Shown: positions 26,584-36,457, counted from the stretch's first letter. The stretch: DNA of 64,000 nucleotides from Candidatus Vogelbacteria bacterium (GCA_903864935.1 CAIPHT010000006.1:101198-165197), one strand, 5' to 3'. Notes: a model not told the origin generated them from the letters alone. Translations and numbers: made by a program.

Positions 26584-27759
26584 CTAGCCTTTACTTTTTT
26601 TCTTATAACTATCAATTGTTTCTTGATAAGTTTTTTCCCATAAAAGGCCGATGGCTTCAGTTGAATACCTTTCCGCTACCTGATGGCCAGCAAGACCAAA
26701 TTGATCCCTAAGAGCTGAATCATTAAGTAATTTAATAACCTTGCCAGCGAGAGCCTTGTGGTCATCGACAGGAACAAGATAACCAGTTTCCCCCTCAATG
26801 ACATACTCTGGCAAAGCGCGGGATTTAACACCAACAACCGGTAAACCACAAGCCATCGCTTGGAGGGTAACCATGCTTTGCGTTTCGAGTGGACTGGTAA
26901 TTACAAAGACGTCTGTCGCGTGAAATAGTTTAGCCAAGTCAGGTTTACTTAATTGACCAGTAAAGACAATGTTTTCTTGAATCTCCAAATTTTTAGCTAA
27001 GCGACGCCAACCCTCTTCTTCAAAACCACAGCCAGCCAAAGCAAGCACAATGTTAGGGATTTCCTTTTTAATACAAGCTGTCGCCATTAAGATAACCTCG
27101 ACTCTCTTCTCCGGAGAAAAACGACCGGCAAAAGTAATAACGGGTTTACCTGTAAAAACAAAGTCTTTTTTAATTTCTTCTTTTGACAAAAAAGGCAAGG
27201 AAAAAGTCTTGGTATCAATCGGGTTAGATATAACGCAATTAGGCTTACAAAATCCAAAACGAGACATGGCCTTAGCCACAACACTAGAAGGAGCAGTCAA
27301 TAATTCGCCTCGATTATAAAACCAAGCATCATAGTAAGAAGCGACGAAAGCTAATTTTTTAAGAATCGATGGCCAATAAAGAGAGAGCTCTGAAGTAATA
27401 GTGTGATTGGTACCAACAAGAGGAATTTTAAGAAGTCGTGAAGCTACGACAGATTCAAGACCAAGACTAACCATTGTATGAGTATGGATAATATCTGGCC
27501 GATTGCGACGCAAAAAGAAGAAACCCAAACCAAGGGGCAAGGCTAATCTAACAGGCAAAGAATTTGGAATAGTGACAGAAGGGAAACGACAAATAGAAAC
27601 ATTGGGGCCGAGATAAATTTCTTTATCTTGATCAATCGATGGAACATAAATATCAACAAGGTGTCCCCGCTCGCCTAAAGATTGAGCCATAAGAGCCACA
27701 GAGTCTTCTAAACCGCCCAAGTGTGGATAAAAAGAATCAGAGAAAATAGCAATCTTCAT
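26584..27759 (-). CDS. glycosyltransferase family 4 (GT-B)
   Basis: MKIAIFSDSFYPHLGGLE...; C-terminal E..G.P.V motif (GETGYLVP). Confidence 0.85.
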   Translation of the reverse strand: MKIAIFSDSFYPHLGGLEDSVALMAQSLGERGHLVDIYVPSIDQDKEIYLGPNVSICRFPSVTIPNSLPVRLALPLGLGFFFLRRNRPDIIHTHTMVSLGLESVVASRLLKIPLVGTNHTITSELSLYWPSILKKLAFVASYYDAWFYNRGELLTAPSSVVAKAMSRFGFCKPNCVISNPIDTKTFSLPFLSKEEIKKDFVFTGKPVITFAGRFSPEKRVEVILMATACIKKEIPNIVLALAGCGFEEEGWRRLAKNLEIQENIVFTGQLSKPDLAKLFHATDVFVITSPLETQSMVTLQAMACGLPVVGVKSRALPEYVIEGETGYLVPVDDHKALAGKVIKLLNDSALRDQFGLAGHQVAERYSTEAIGLLWEKTYQETIDSYKKKSKG

Positions 27760-27774
27760 GTTTCTAAATTATCT

Positions 27775-28386
27775 TTAATTCTCCTTGCGGTGACGACGCC
27801 AATAATAGAAACCGAGAGCAAGAGCCACAGCGAGAGCAATCGACAAAACCGCTCCGGCATAATCCAAATAAACAACAACCTTCTGATAGGCGTCACCGAT
27901 AAAATAGCCAATGGTCATCAGAATTGCCGTCTTAATAATCTCAATCGTTAAACTGTAACGCAAAAAGCTCCAGAAGCTATACTTGGCAAGACCCGCGCCT
28001 ACCAAGACGGCCGCTGAGGCAAAATGGGGGGTAATCTTGGCGGTCAGTAAAATCTTACCCCCATGATTATCAAAATGCTTTTTTAATTTAACGGTCTCCT
28101 CCAGATCGAGCTTAAACCAGTGACCCCATTTCTTAATCAGCGGTGGGCCACCCCAATAGCCAATCAGATAATAAATAGTGTCACCTAAAATATTGGCAAA
28201 AATTAAGAGTAGGTAAACAACAAAAAAATTAAGGATCCCCAGCGCCACAAACCAGCCACAAATCACGGCAATAATCGGACCCTCCACTAAAGCCACCGGA
28301 AAGATTAAATAATAGCCATAAGTCTTAAGAAGCAAGATGGCTTGGGCAATGGTAAACATGTCCGGTAATTTTATCACGTTGCCCAA
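27775..28386 (-). CDS. DedA/VTT-domain membrane protein
   Basis: YGYYLIFPVALVEGPIIAV...; SNARE-associated/DedA signature, 4-5 TM helices. Confidence 0.8.
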   Translation of the reverse strand: MGNVIKLPDMFTIAQAILLLKTYGYYLIFPVALVEGPIIAVICGWFVALGILNFFVVYLLLIFANILGDTIYYLIGYWGGPPLIKKWGHWFKLDLEETVKLKKHFDNHGGKILLTAKITPHFASAAVLVGAGLAKYSFWSFLRYSLTIEIIKTAILMTIGYFIGDAYQKVVVYLDYAGAVLSIALAVALALGFYYWRRHRKEN

Positions 28387-28421
28387 AAGTTTTCTAGATG
28401 TTATATTATAAAAGCTAAAAT

Positions 28422-28496
28422 TAAATAAACAGGCCCTATCGTCTAACGGTTAGGACATCGCCTTCTCAAGGCGGCAATCGGGGTCCGATTCCCCGT
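28422..28496 (+). tRNA. tRNA-Glu (anticodon CUC), CCA encoded
   Basis: GGCCCTA acceptor pairs with TGGGGTC; anticodon stem TCGCC/GGCGG with loop TTCTCAA (anticodon CTC); T-arm CGGGG-TCCGATT-CCCCG; 3' ACCA; 75 nt. Confidence 0.85.
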
Positions 28497-28605
28497 GGGG
28501 TCACCAAGGACTTGACATAATTCTTATAGTTTGCGATACTATACCCAGACAGAATCTTGCCTGGTTTTAGGCGAGTTCACATACTTTGACCTCCCCCTCC
28601 CCTTG

Positions 28606-28672
28606 ACCGAGTCTGGTCCGTGCATCCCCCTACCCCCTACCCAGCACGGGCCAGACATTTTTTTATATTTTA
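28606..28672 (+). terminator. hairpin with C-rich loop plus T7 run downstream of tRNA-Glu
   Basis: tctggtccgtgc...gcacgggccaga stem (1 mismatch), loop atccccctaccccctaccca, then cattttttt. Confidence 0.5.
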
Positions 28673-28675
28673 AAA

Positions 28676-28704
28676 CTTGACATTCTTGTCATATTGTGCT
28701 AGAC
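28676..28704 (+). promoter_or_regulatory. sigma70-like promoter (TTGACA-17-TAGACT) for CDS 28765..29415
   Basis: ttgacattcttgtcatattgtgctagact; RBS gagaaggag 8 nt before the ATG at 28765. Confidence 0.5.
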
Positions 28705-28764
28705 TATAGTTAGAAATTGACCGGCACGGAGCCTTAGGCCCGAGCCATTGAGAAGGAGAAAAAG

Positions 28765-29415
28765 ATGAAGAAGGCATTGTTTGTTATGGCGGCCATAACC
28801 CTTGGGGCGATTATTGGGGAAGGCCTGATGGAAAGGCATCTTGAGAATGTCGGCCCCATCAAGTTGGGGATTTTCACGCTCAAGTTTGCCCACGCAGCCG
28901 AGACCACCAAAACCTCCGGGCCCGTCGAGGTGTGGGATTGTGGCCCCAACACGGCCGACGACAATCATAACTACAGTTACCACATCGGAGACGATGGGCA
29001 ATTGTACGACGACGGGACGATGTGGGATTTCTGCACTCTCGTCAACCCTCAAATCGAGGGAGAACGGGTGTATATCCCCGAGGACTTGCTCTCCGAAAGT
29101 CAGAGAGTCGAAGGCAAGGATCACTGGTTCTACAAAGACACCTGCCGACTGATTACGGCGCCGGTGTACACGCTTCGAACAAGCGGTAGAGGGAAGTACG
29201 ACGTCTACTCATATGACAGAAAGGACCACATGAGGGAAGTCCGCAAGGAAGACCCGCGCGAATACGACAAGCAGTTCTTTCTTGTCGCCCCCAAAATCGA
29301 GGGTCGGCGGATAATTCTCGAGAACTACACAGAGGACGGACGAGTTTACTTCATTCCCCGCGCCGATCTGGTGTGGGTCAATCCCCCGATCAAGGTATCC
29401 ACCTCACCCAGTTAA
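28765..29415 (+). CDS. hypothetical secreted protein
   Basis: Signal peptide MKKALFVMAAITLGAIIG; 216 aa; GC-rich. Minus-strand ORFs overlapping it are treated as artefacts. Confidence 0.6.
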   Translation: MKKALFVMAAITLGAIIGEGLMERHLENVGPIKLGIFTLKFAHAAETTKTSGPVEVWDCGPNTADDNHNYSYHIGDDGQLYDDGTMWDFCTLVNPQIEGERVYIPEDLLSESQRVEGKDHWFYKDTCRLITAPVYTLRTSGRGKYDVYSYDRKDHMREVRKEDPREYDKQFFLVAPKIEGRRIILENYTEDGRVYFIPRADLVWVNPPIKVSTSPS

Positions 29416-29476
29416 TTCTTCTCCCCTGTTCGTACAGCCCCGGAACTCGCAAGAGTTCCGGGGCTGAATTGATTTA

Positions 29477-29504
29477 GGATGTTAAACATCCGATGTCGAA
29501 CATT
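29477..29504. repeat. palindromic hairpin family C (ggatgttaaacatccgatgtcgaacatt)
   Basis: Shares the core aacatccgatgtYgRacatt with 55870-55898. Lies between convergent genes. Confidence 0.55.
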
Positions 29505-30832
29505 TATCGCTTCTTCCATTCGCTGTCCTGACGGACCAAAAGTTTTTCTTTGAGCTCAGGGTGAAGCATTATTTCTTCAACCACCTTTTCCATACGCACC
29601 GATTGTGACCCTTTAACAAAAATTACGTCCCCCGCCTTTAGCTTCCCCTGCAAAAATTGCCCCGCTTCAAGTGAATCATCAAAATGTTTTATTTTTTTCT
29701 CGGAGAATTTTTTCTCCACCAAAGCCTCATCAATAAACTTAGAGCGCAAGCCAACGGTGATAACAAGATCACAAAACTCGGCCGCTTGATAACCAATCTT
29801 TTTATGCGCTTCAACCGTCATGCCACCCAATTGCATCATATCACCCATAACCGCAATCTTGCGACCCTCATTCTTAAAACTGGCAAGGGCTGTTAACCCG
29901 GCACCCATTGCCGCTGGCGAAGCATTGTAAGTATCGTCAAGAATAGTGGTGTTCTTAATGCCCTCAATTAAGCGCAAGCGTCCTGGCGGTGGCAAATAAC
30001 TCTCAAGCGAATCAACCATCTCGACCATATTAAGGCCAAGCTTGTCTCCCACCGAGAGAGCCGCAAGAACAGGATAAATTTGGTGCGCGCCGATAACACC
30101 AGGAATTCTTACTGGGATCTCTCTTTCATTGTGTTGAAGTTTGAAGGCGAGACCTGCCGGCAAACTCTGACCCTCTTTCTCCTCATAAAATGTCTCACCT
30201 AAACCAGCCTGATAATCGGCCGCCTCAGCCTGCCCATAGGTAAAAACTTCGGCCTTAATCTCCGGGATAAATTTAAGAGCATTGGGGTCATCAGCATTAA
30301 GCAGGACAAAGCCCTCAAGCGGGACAGATTTGGGCAACATCATTTTCTCATTTATGACCTCGTCCTTAGATTTGAAGAACTCCATATGCACAGGGACCTC
30401 CGGCATGAGAGTGGTCACGGCGATATCAAACTTAACCCATTTGAGAATATCCTTGATTTCCCCCGGATACTCCAAGCCAACCTCAAGCACGAGCCACTTA
30501 GGATAAGACTCTTTGCCAAACAATTGACGCAGACCATAAATAATAATCTCAAGCCAACCAAAAGGATCATTCCACGCGGACTGACAACCTAAGATAGTAA
30601 GAGGTACACCGATATCACCGTTATAACTCTTCTCACTCTTACGGACAGAGAAACCGCCAGCGCTGAGGACTCGATAGATAGCATCCTTGGTCGAAGTCTT
30701 GCCGACAGAACCCGTCACTCCAATAATCTTGGGGTGATATTTATCAAGAAGCATCTTGGCCTCCCATTGCAATATCTTGGCAATTGTTGTTTTTAAAATT
30801 TTTTTCATGATTTTATTTTCTCCCGACCACAC
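29504..30832 (-). CDS. murF: UDP-N-acetylmuramoyl-tripeptide--D-alanyl-D-alanine ligase (Mur ligase, MurF-like)
   Basis: GVTGSVGKTSTKD P-loop, DDTYNASP, C-terminal VKGSQSVRMEKVVEEI matching MurF rather than MurE (no DNPR). Confidence 0.75.
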   Translation of the reverse strand: MWSGENKIMKKILKTTIAKILQWEAKMLLDKYHPKIIGVTGSVGKTSTKDAIYRVLSAGGFSVRKSEKSYNGDIGVPLTILGCQSAWNDPFGWLEIIIYGLRQLFGKESYPKWLVLEVGLEYPGEIKDILKWVKFDIAVTTLMPEVPVHMEFFKSKDEVINEKMMLPKSVPLEGFVLLNADDPNALKFIPEIKAEVFTYGQAEAADYQAGLGETFYEEKEGQSLPAGLAFKLQHNEREIPVRIPGVIGAHQIYPVLAALSVGDKLGLNMVEMVDSLESYLPPPGRLRLIEGIKNTTILDDTYNASPAAMGAGLTALASFKNEGRKIAVMGDMMQLGGMTVEAHKKIGYQAAEFCDLVITVGLRSKFIDEALVEKKFSEKKIKHFDDSLEAGQFLQGKLKAGDVIFVKGSQSVRMEKVVEEIMLHPELKEKLLVRQDSEWKKR

Positions 30833-30869
30833 CTCGGGCTCACTTGAGGTCTGGTCGGGGAAAAGTGGG

Positions 30870-32576
30870 CTACCTATCCGGTGGGACTTGGTAATAGTTT
30901 AGCAGAAAACGGGACGTATTCACAAATGGCGTCGTTAGAGTCTCAGAGGAGAATTGGGCCCCCTTAGGATTCATAATAAAGATAAAAACAAGGAAGCGTG
31001 GGTTATAAGCTGGGAAATAACCAAAGAAGGAGTGGAGATAACGGTCATCATAATACTTACCGTTGGCCGGATTGGCAATCTGGGCCGTCCCGGTCTTGGC
31101 GGCAATGGTATAACGCTCCATCTTCACCTTGGGCATCTTACTATCAACAACGGTGGCCAACATTCGACTAATCTCTTCGCTTGTCTCTTTCTTAATCACT
31201 TGGCGTCCAATCTTCGGTTCAATCTTCTGAGTTAATTTATTTTGGTAATCAATCTCTTTAACAATGTGTGGGGTTATCAAATAACCACCGTTACCAAGTG
31301 AGGACAGGGCACGAACGAGAGAGAGCGGTGTCACGGCAATCCCCTGACCAAAAGAGGCGGTGGCATAATCAACAATGCGTGGACTCTTAAGATTCTTCAT
31401 TAAGTTTGTCGCCTCGCCCGGCAAGTCAACCCCAGTCGGTTCGTTGAAGCCATAAGCATTAAAATATTGTCTGAAGCGGTCTTGCCCCAATTTCTCAGTG
31501 ACAAAAGAGGCACCACAATTTAGTGATTGATTAAGCACTTCTTGCATTGGGATAACGCCACGTGCCTTATCATCATAATTACAAATTTTCTTTTTATTTA
31601 AAGTAATACAACCTGTATCATTATAAGTGGTCTTAGCGGTGACCACGCCAGTATCAAGGCCGGCCGCCATGGTGAGCGGTTTGAAGATTGAGCCAAGTTC
31701 ATAAACCCCCTCGACAAGAGGGTTAGTGAGTACGCCGAGATCGGTCACTTTATTCCCCGGATCAAAATTCGGCCAGGCACTCATGGCAATAATCTCCCCC
31801 GTTTTTGGGTCAATAATAATGCCACCAATCTTATCACCCTGCCACTCGTCCTCCGCCTTCATTAATTCCCCTTCAAAAAACTTCTGCGTTACCGGCTCGA
31901 TAGTGGTAACAATATCGCCTTCGGCCGCCGCTGTTTTACCCGAGAGCGAACTCTCAATTCCTGAGAAAATCTCAACAAAGAAATTGGCGAAGGACATCTC
32001 CGAACCACGGGTCAGAACTTTCTCATACTGTCGCTCTAGGCCATAACGACCGATCAAATCACTCTCCTTATAACCCACCAGACCGACAACATGAGAAGCT
32101 GAGGTACCAAAGGGATAAGAGCGAAGCTTCTGTTTATAAATAGTAATCCCTTTGATATTTAATTTCTTAATCGCTTCGGCCTTGTCTGGCTCAACCTTAG
32201 AGGCTAACTCTCGATAGGTCGAGGTGCTATTCACCCATTTAAGCCAATCAGCGGGGTCAAGCGGGATGAGCGGATTAAGCTTGTCATAAGTACTAGAGGC
32301 TTGATCTTTAAACAAACGTGGATTAAGGGTAATGAGATAAGCCGTCTTCATCCCGGCCAAAGCAAAAAGCGAGCCATCCTTCTTCTCAGCAAAGATGCTC
32401 CCTCGATTAAAGATGTCGGTACTTGGACGAAGATATTGTCGATCCCCTTTCTCGCGGTAAAAATCGGATTTAACAATTTGGATAAAAAAAAGTCGAACAA
32501 AACACAATAAGGCCACCAACAAAAAGGCCAAAGCCAGAAAACTTATACGATTACGAGTATTAGAACTAGATTTCAT
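30870..32576 (-). CDS. ftsI: class B penicillin-binding protein (FtsI-type transpeptidase)
   Basis: N-terminal TM, SIFKPLT (SxxK), KTGTA; 568 aa, in the dcw cluster. Confidence 0.85.
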   Translation of the reverse strand: MKSSSNTRNRISFLALAFLLVALLCFVRLFFIQIVKSDFYREKGDRQYLRPSTDIFNRGSIFAEKKDGSLFALAGMKTAYLITLNPRLFKDQASSTYDKLNPLIPLDPADWLKWVNSTSTYRELASKVEPDKAEAIKKLNIKGITIYKQKLRSYPFGTSASHVVGLVGYKESDLIGRYGLERQYEKVLTRGSEMSFANFFVEIFSGIESSLSGKTAAAEGDIVTTIEPVTQKFFEGELMKAEDEWQGDKIGGIIIDPKTGEIIAMSAWPNFDPGNKVTDLGVLTNPLVEGVYELGSIFKPLTMAAGLDTGVVTAKTTYNDTGCITLNKKKICNYDDKARGVIPMQEVLNQSLNCGASFVTEKLGQDRFRQYFNAYGFNEPTGVDLPGEATNLMKNLKSPRIVDYATASFGQGIAVTPLSLVRALSSLGNGGYLITPHIVKEIDYQNKLTQKIEPKIGRQVIKKETSEEISRMLATVVDSKMPKVKMERYTIAAKTGTAQIANPANGKYYDDRYLHSFFGYFPAYNPRFLVFIFIMNPKGAQFSSETLTTPFVNTSRFLLNYYQVPPDR

Positions 32577-32868
32577 TATTAGAAGCTAGCAAACCAAGAG
32601 GCTCGTTGCGGGTGGCAAAACTGGCACTATCCGCAGCATCAACATAACCCATTTTTTTAACCAGCTCTAAATTAATACTGCTCATTCGGCCAAGATAATT
32701 GGCCTCCAGGGATGAGACCTCGGCATCAAGAGCAACAATTTTTTCTTCATTATCACGACGCAAGGCAACCGAAGAAACAGAATTACTAAGAAAATAAACA
32801 TAGGCCCCGGTCATTAAGACCAGACTAGCAATTAGAACCCATTTAATTTTATTTTCCCAATTTTTCAT
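32566..32868 (-). CDS. ftsL: cell division protein FtsL-like
   Basis: 100 aa, single TM plus coiled coil, positioned between rsmH and ftsI. Confidence 0.5.
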   Translation of the reverse strand: MKNWENKIKWVLIASLVLMTGAYVYFLSNSVSSVALRRDNEEKIVALDAEVSSLEANYLGRMSSINLELVKKMGYVDAADSASFATRNEPLGLLASNNEI

Positions 32869-33779
32869 TTTATTTTTTGAATTACTCGCAATTGAGCGCT
32901 GCGTGATCTTGGATTTGATATTTCTTCTTCTCTCTCTGGCATAATCGCCTTCTTATTAACAAGTTCCCCTTCTCCACTCACAACCTTATCTTTAAAAAAA
33001 TTCTTAACTGTTCTAGCTTCGAGACTGTGGAAGGAAATGGCAGCGACCCTCCCTCCACAGCCGAGCTTAATCCAAGCGCCGGCCAACCCTTCCTTCAGGG
33101 CGCCGATCTCATCGTTGACGGTAATGCGTAAAGCTTGAAAAGTTTTGGTGGCAAAATGTGTCTTCCCGTGTAACTTATTGGCCGGCATCGCACTCTTGAT
33201 CACTTCAACTAGGTCGAAGGTGGTAACAATCTCTTTCTTCTTTCTCGCCTCCACAATCGCGTGGGCAATGCGTCGAGATAATCTCTCCTCGCCATAGCCG
33301 TAGATAATGTCGGCAATATTCTCTTCGTCCCAAGTATTCACAATCTCTTTAGCAGTTAAGGTCTCTTCGCTAATCTCGCTCGCCAGAGTCATAAGAAGTG
33401 GTTCATCTTTTTGGAAAGTGAAGCCCCTGCCTAATGGCAGGCAAGCCGTCTCAGATGAATCAAAGTGCTCAGAGTTAAGACCAAGGTCAAACAGGACAGC
33501 ACTTACCTCCTCTATCCCCTGTTCATCTAAAGCCCCGGCCAGATTGCGAAAATTCGTGTTTATAAAAATGGTTTGGCAAGGCACCCCCTTGAGATTCTCC
33601 TTAGCCTTAGCGAGCAAACTCGCATCAGCATCGAGACCAATCAAGAGACCCGTCTTACCTAAAATTTTGGCAATTTCCTGACTATGACCGGCAAGGCCCA
33701 GAGTGGCATCTACCACTTTGTCACCCTCCTTAATATTCAGTAGCTCAATTGTCGATTGTAAAAGAACTGGTACGTGCAT
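32865..33779 (-). CDS. rsmH: 16S rRNA (cytosine1402-N4)-methyltransferase RsmH (MraW)
   Basis: Starts MHVPVLLQSTIELLNIKEGDKVVDATLGLAGHS. The ORF-track start at 33929 is an upstream extension; the ATG at 33779..33777 abuts the mraZ stop. Confidence 0.9.
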   Translation of the reverse strand: MHVPVLLQSTIELLNIKEGDKVVDATLGLAGHSQEIAKILGKTGLLIGLDADASLLAKAKENLKGVPCQTIFINTNFRNLAGALDEQGIEEVSAVLFDLGLNSEHFDSSETACLPLGRGFTFQKDEPLLMTLASEISEETLTAKEIVNTWDEENIADIIYGYGEERLSRRIAHAIVEARKKKEIVTTFDLVEVIKSAMPANKLHGKTHFATKTFQALRITVNDEIGALKEGLAGAWIKLGCGGRVAAISFHSLEARTVKNFFKDKVVSGEGELVNKKAIMPEREEEISNPRSRSAQLRVIQKIK

Positions 33780-33780
33780 A

Positions 33781-34215
33781 CTAAAACATTCCCACTTCGC
33801 TGAGACGCTCGGCCAGCACGTCGGCCTGCTTCTCGACCTTGTCAATATTTTCCTTCCATTTGCGGTCATCCCAAATTTCGATTCGCTCGGAGAGGCCCAC
33901 CACCACGACTCGGCTCTTAAGATCAGCAAAATCTTTGAGATGCTCAGGGATTAAGACGCGCCCCATACTATCAATCTCCACCTCAAAGGCACTACCTAAA
34001 ATAAAACGAGAGAAAGAACGGGCCGCACTCTGAGTCATGGGCAATTTATCAATCTCGCCGCTCACCTTCTTCCACCCGTCGAGAGTATAAGCGAAGAGAC
34101 AAGAGTCGAGGCCTTTAGTAATTACCATTTTTTTGCCAATTTCTTTACGAAAAGAAGCCGGCATCGAAATACGCTTCTTATCATCAATGGTATGTCTAAA
34201 TTCCCCGATTAACAT
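33781..34215 (-). CDS. mraZ: transcriptional regulator MraZ
   Basis: MLIGEFRHTIDDKKRISMPASFR...duplicated MraZ fold; start taken at the internal MLIGEF. Confidence 0.85.
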   Translation of the reverse strand: MLIGEFRHTIDDKKRISMPASFRKEIGKKMVITKGLDSCLFAYTLDGWKKVSGEIDKLPMTQSAARSFSRFILGSAFEVEIDSMGRVLIPEHLKDFADLKSRVVVVGLSERIEIWDDRKWKENIDKVEKQADVLAERLSEVGMF

Positions 34216-34383
34216 CACTTCCCATTCTATCCCACTGTCTCCCACTTTACAACAAGCCTCTCCCACCTAAAACTGTGGATAACCCTGAGCAAAGCGATGG
34301 AGCAATGGTCGTATGACCATAAAGCCAAAAAAACCGCCTGAACTTGTTAACAAGTTCAGGCGGTTTTCTATGTGTTAAGCGAA

Positions 34384-34459
34384 GGGCTCAGCGTTTTAAA
34401 AATGTCTTGCCGAAATCGTAGATTGAGGAGATCCGAGGACTTTTTAAAACGCTGAGCCC
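34384..34459. repeat. intergenic hairpin repeat family A, copy 3
   Basis: Outer stem gggctcagcgttttaaaaa/tttttaaaacgctgagccc; core tgtcttgccgaaatcgtagattgaggagatccgaggac. Confidence 0.7.
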
Positions 34460-34463
34460 AAGC

Positions 34464-35567
34464 TTATCTTAAGGCTGTCCAAAGATTCGGATCACTCTCG
34501 CCATCCACTTTGAAAAGGGCAATGCCCTTAAGGCCAAGATTCTTGGCAAGTTTTACTTTAGAAGCAATGGCGACGCTGTCAGAGATAACGGCATAACGAC
34601 TCTGCCCATCTTTGAAATAGGTGAAAGATAACTCACCAGCGTTATTGCGCTTAGGTGTTGAGCCCGTGCTTGCGGCCAAATCCATAAAAGTTTTGTAAGT
34701 CAGAGCACTCAATTTTTTGTAATCATAGAAAGTGCCCTTATCGATCACTTGATAAGCATAGCCATAATTAGCGACGCCGATAACAATTTTATTATACGCA
34801 ATTTGTTGATGAGCATAACCCACCACCTTCTTCACAAAACTGATATCGGCCACCGGCGCGTATAAGCCGACAGATTTATTGCGTCGATTCAAGAGGATAT
34901 CGGCCGTCATCTGATCATAGGCCATTAGGCGCACCTCGTCACAATAAGTGTTGATCATCTTGTAATCGTTCGAATACTCAATCTCCTCCGGCACAGTTAA
35001 GAAGCGTGAGGTCGGCGGGAGCCTTGGTTCGATTGTACAAACAAGAACTTTTTTATTCTTGTGAAGTTGTATTGAGAGATCTTTAAGAAAAAGGCCGAAG
35101 GTCTTGAAGACGGCCGTGGTCTTACCTTCATAATCAATATCAATGCCATCGTAATTATTAGCCTTCACAATGTCGGTGATTTGTTTGATCTGGGCATCAC
35201 GAGTCTTTTTTGTCGCCATCGTCTTCTGGATAGCTTGGCCATCATTCCACAATATCGCGGGGATAAGCTTAACTTTCTTGGCCCGGGCAGAGGCCAGAAG
35301 TGAGACCCAAGGCTCTTGGCTTATCTTCATGGGATCCTTAATCGTGCCATCGTCATTTACTTCATAAGAAAAAGGGCTCAGGGTGGTGAGTTGATTAAGG
35401 TGAGTGGTAGCTTCAGCCGAAGCAGCCGTCTTCTTCCAATATGGGACCCAGGCCGAGAATTCTAAGGCCTTAGCCTGAGATATGGCCGGTATTAACAAAA
35501 TAAACAACAAAAATAAGACTTTTTTCATAAGTCTTTGTATTATAGCACAAAAATTGCCCCTCAACAA
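34464..35567 (-). CDS. secreted glycoside hydrolase family 18 (chitinase-like) protein
   Basis: Signal peptide; catalytic motif YDGIDIDYE (DxxDxDxE). Confidence 0.75.
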   Translation of the reverse strand: MLRGNFCAIIQRLMKKVLFLLFILLIPAISQAKALEFSAWVPYWKKTAASAEATTHLNQLTTLSPFSYEVNDDGTIKDPMKISQEPWVSLLASARAKKVKLIPAILWNDGQAIQKTMATKKTRDAQIKQITDIVKANNYDGIDIDYEGKTTAVFKTFGLFLKDLSIQLHKNKKVLVCTIEPRLPPTSRFLTVPEEIEYSNDYKMINTYCDEVRLMAYDQMTADILLNRRNKSVGLYAPVADISFVKKVVGYAHQQIAYNKIVIGVANYGYAYQVIDKGTFYDYKKLSALTYKTFMDLAASTGSTPKRNNAGELSFTYFKDGQSRYAVISDSVAIASKVKLAKNLGLKGIALFKVDGESDPNLWTALR

Positions 35568-35832
35568 AAACCGCGCGGGCGCCCCGAAGGGTTCCCGCGC
35601 GAGAAAAATGTGTCGATCATGAAAATAACCAAAATAATAGCCCGAGTGCCAGAAAGGTCAATATGACCTTGCACAAATACATTGTGTCTATGGCCCAACA
35701 CTGGGCTTCATAGTTTTCCTGAATCTTCTGGTCTCTCTGAGTGGGTCCGCGATTTTCATCCATGGCAAAGCTTTCCTTTTTGTTGTAGAAGTTCCTCCAC
35801 CACAAACCGTACCACGCTTTCAAAATCTTTGC

Positions 35833-35877
35833 AAAAAGGTAACACAACTGACGACCGTCAGCTGTGTTACCTTTTTG
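35833..35877. terminator. hairpin family B, copy 1 (aaaaaggtaacacaactgacg ac cgtcagctgtgttaccttttt), bidirectional-terminator-like
   Basis: About 20-bp stem flanked by an A-run and a T-run. Near-identical copies at 36458-36503 and 55806-55850. Overlaps ORF 35617..35847, which is therefore doubted. Confidence 0.6.
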
Positions 35878-35992
35878 GGTTACTGATTATTTATTCTTAA
35901 AACTTAAGGCCTAAACAATTTTCGATTCTTTGGCTTCAAAAAATTTTAGATATTGAAGTAGCCCTCTTTCTTGGGCAGCCTCAATGAATTCT

Positions 35993-36433
35993 TTAGGTAA
36001 AGGCGCCGGCCCCAACCAAACACTTTTTTTGCATTATTTTGAAATCAAGATGAGTTAATTCAATTCGCAACCAATTGCGATAGCGACGGTGAGATTCGGG
36101 TATATCAAAAGAGATGATTATTTTATCATTCGACTCTGGGACGGGAGGATAACTCAAGTGTTGCTTTAAAATATCTTTTTTCTTTTTAGTCTTGTCCCTG
36201 CCCAATTTGGTCAAAAACCAGCCGTCATTCTTCTCTTCGATTATCCCGTTTTTTCTCAAACGCCAGAGGGTCATTCGGAGAACTTTCTCTTTTGCCTTAA
36301 TTTCTTTCTGACGTATTTCCTCGTCCAACCTTTTGTCGGCAAGATAAGTATCGCCGATCAAACGCATTCTTAGGTCACGATAATTACCAGGATGATTAAC
36401 CAAATGAAAAATTATTTCTTCTGCTAGACCCAT
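35993..36433 (-). CDS. hypothetical protein with winged-helix-like segment
   Basis: 146 aa; TLWRLRKNGIIEEKNDGWFLTKLGRD resembles a wHTH. Confidence 0.4.
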   Translation of the reverse strand: MGLAEEIIFHLVNHPGNYRDLRMRLIGDTYLADKRLDEEIRQKEIKAKEKVLRMTLWRLRKNGIIEEKNDGWFLTKLGRDKTKKKKDILKQHLSYPPVPESNDKIIISFDIPESHRRYRNWLRIELTHLDFKIMQKKCLVGAGAFT

Positions 36434-36457
36434 GCCCTAAATTTTATCAAATTCCCA

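Noticed and set aside
28699-29152. 141-aa minus and 103-aa + alternative-frame ORFs
   Set aside because: Overlap the signal-peptide-bearing 216-aa + gene in a GC-rich segment. Frame artefacts.
35617-35847. 76-aa ORF
   Set aside because: Its start region is the family-B terminator hairpin. No other support.
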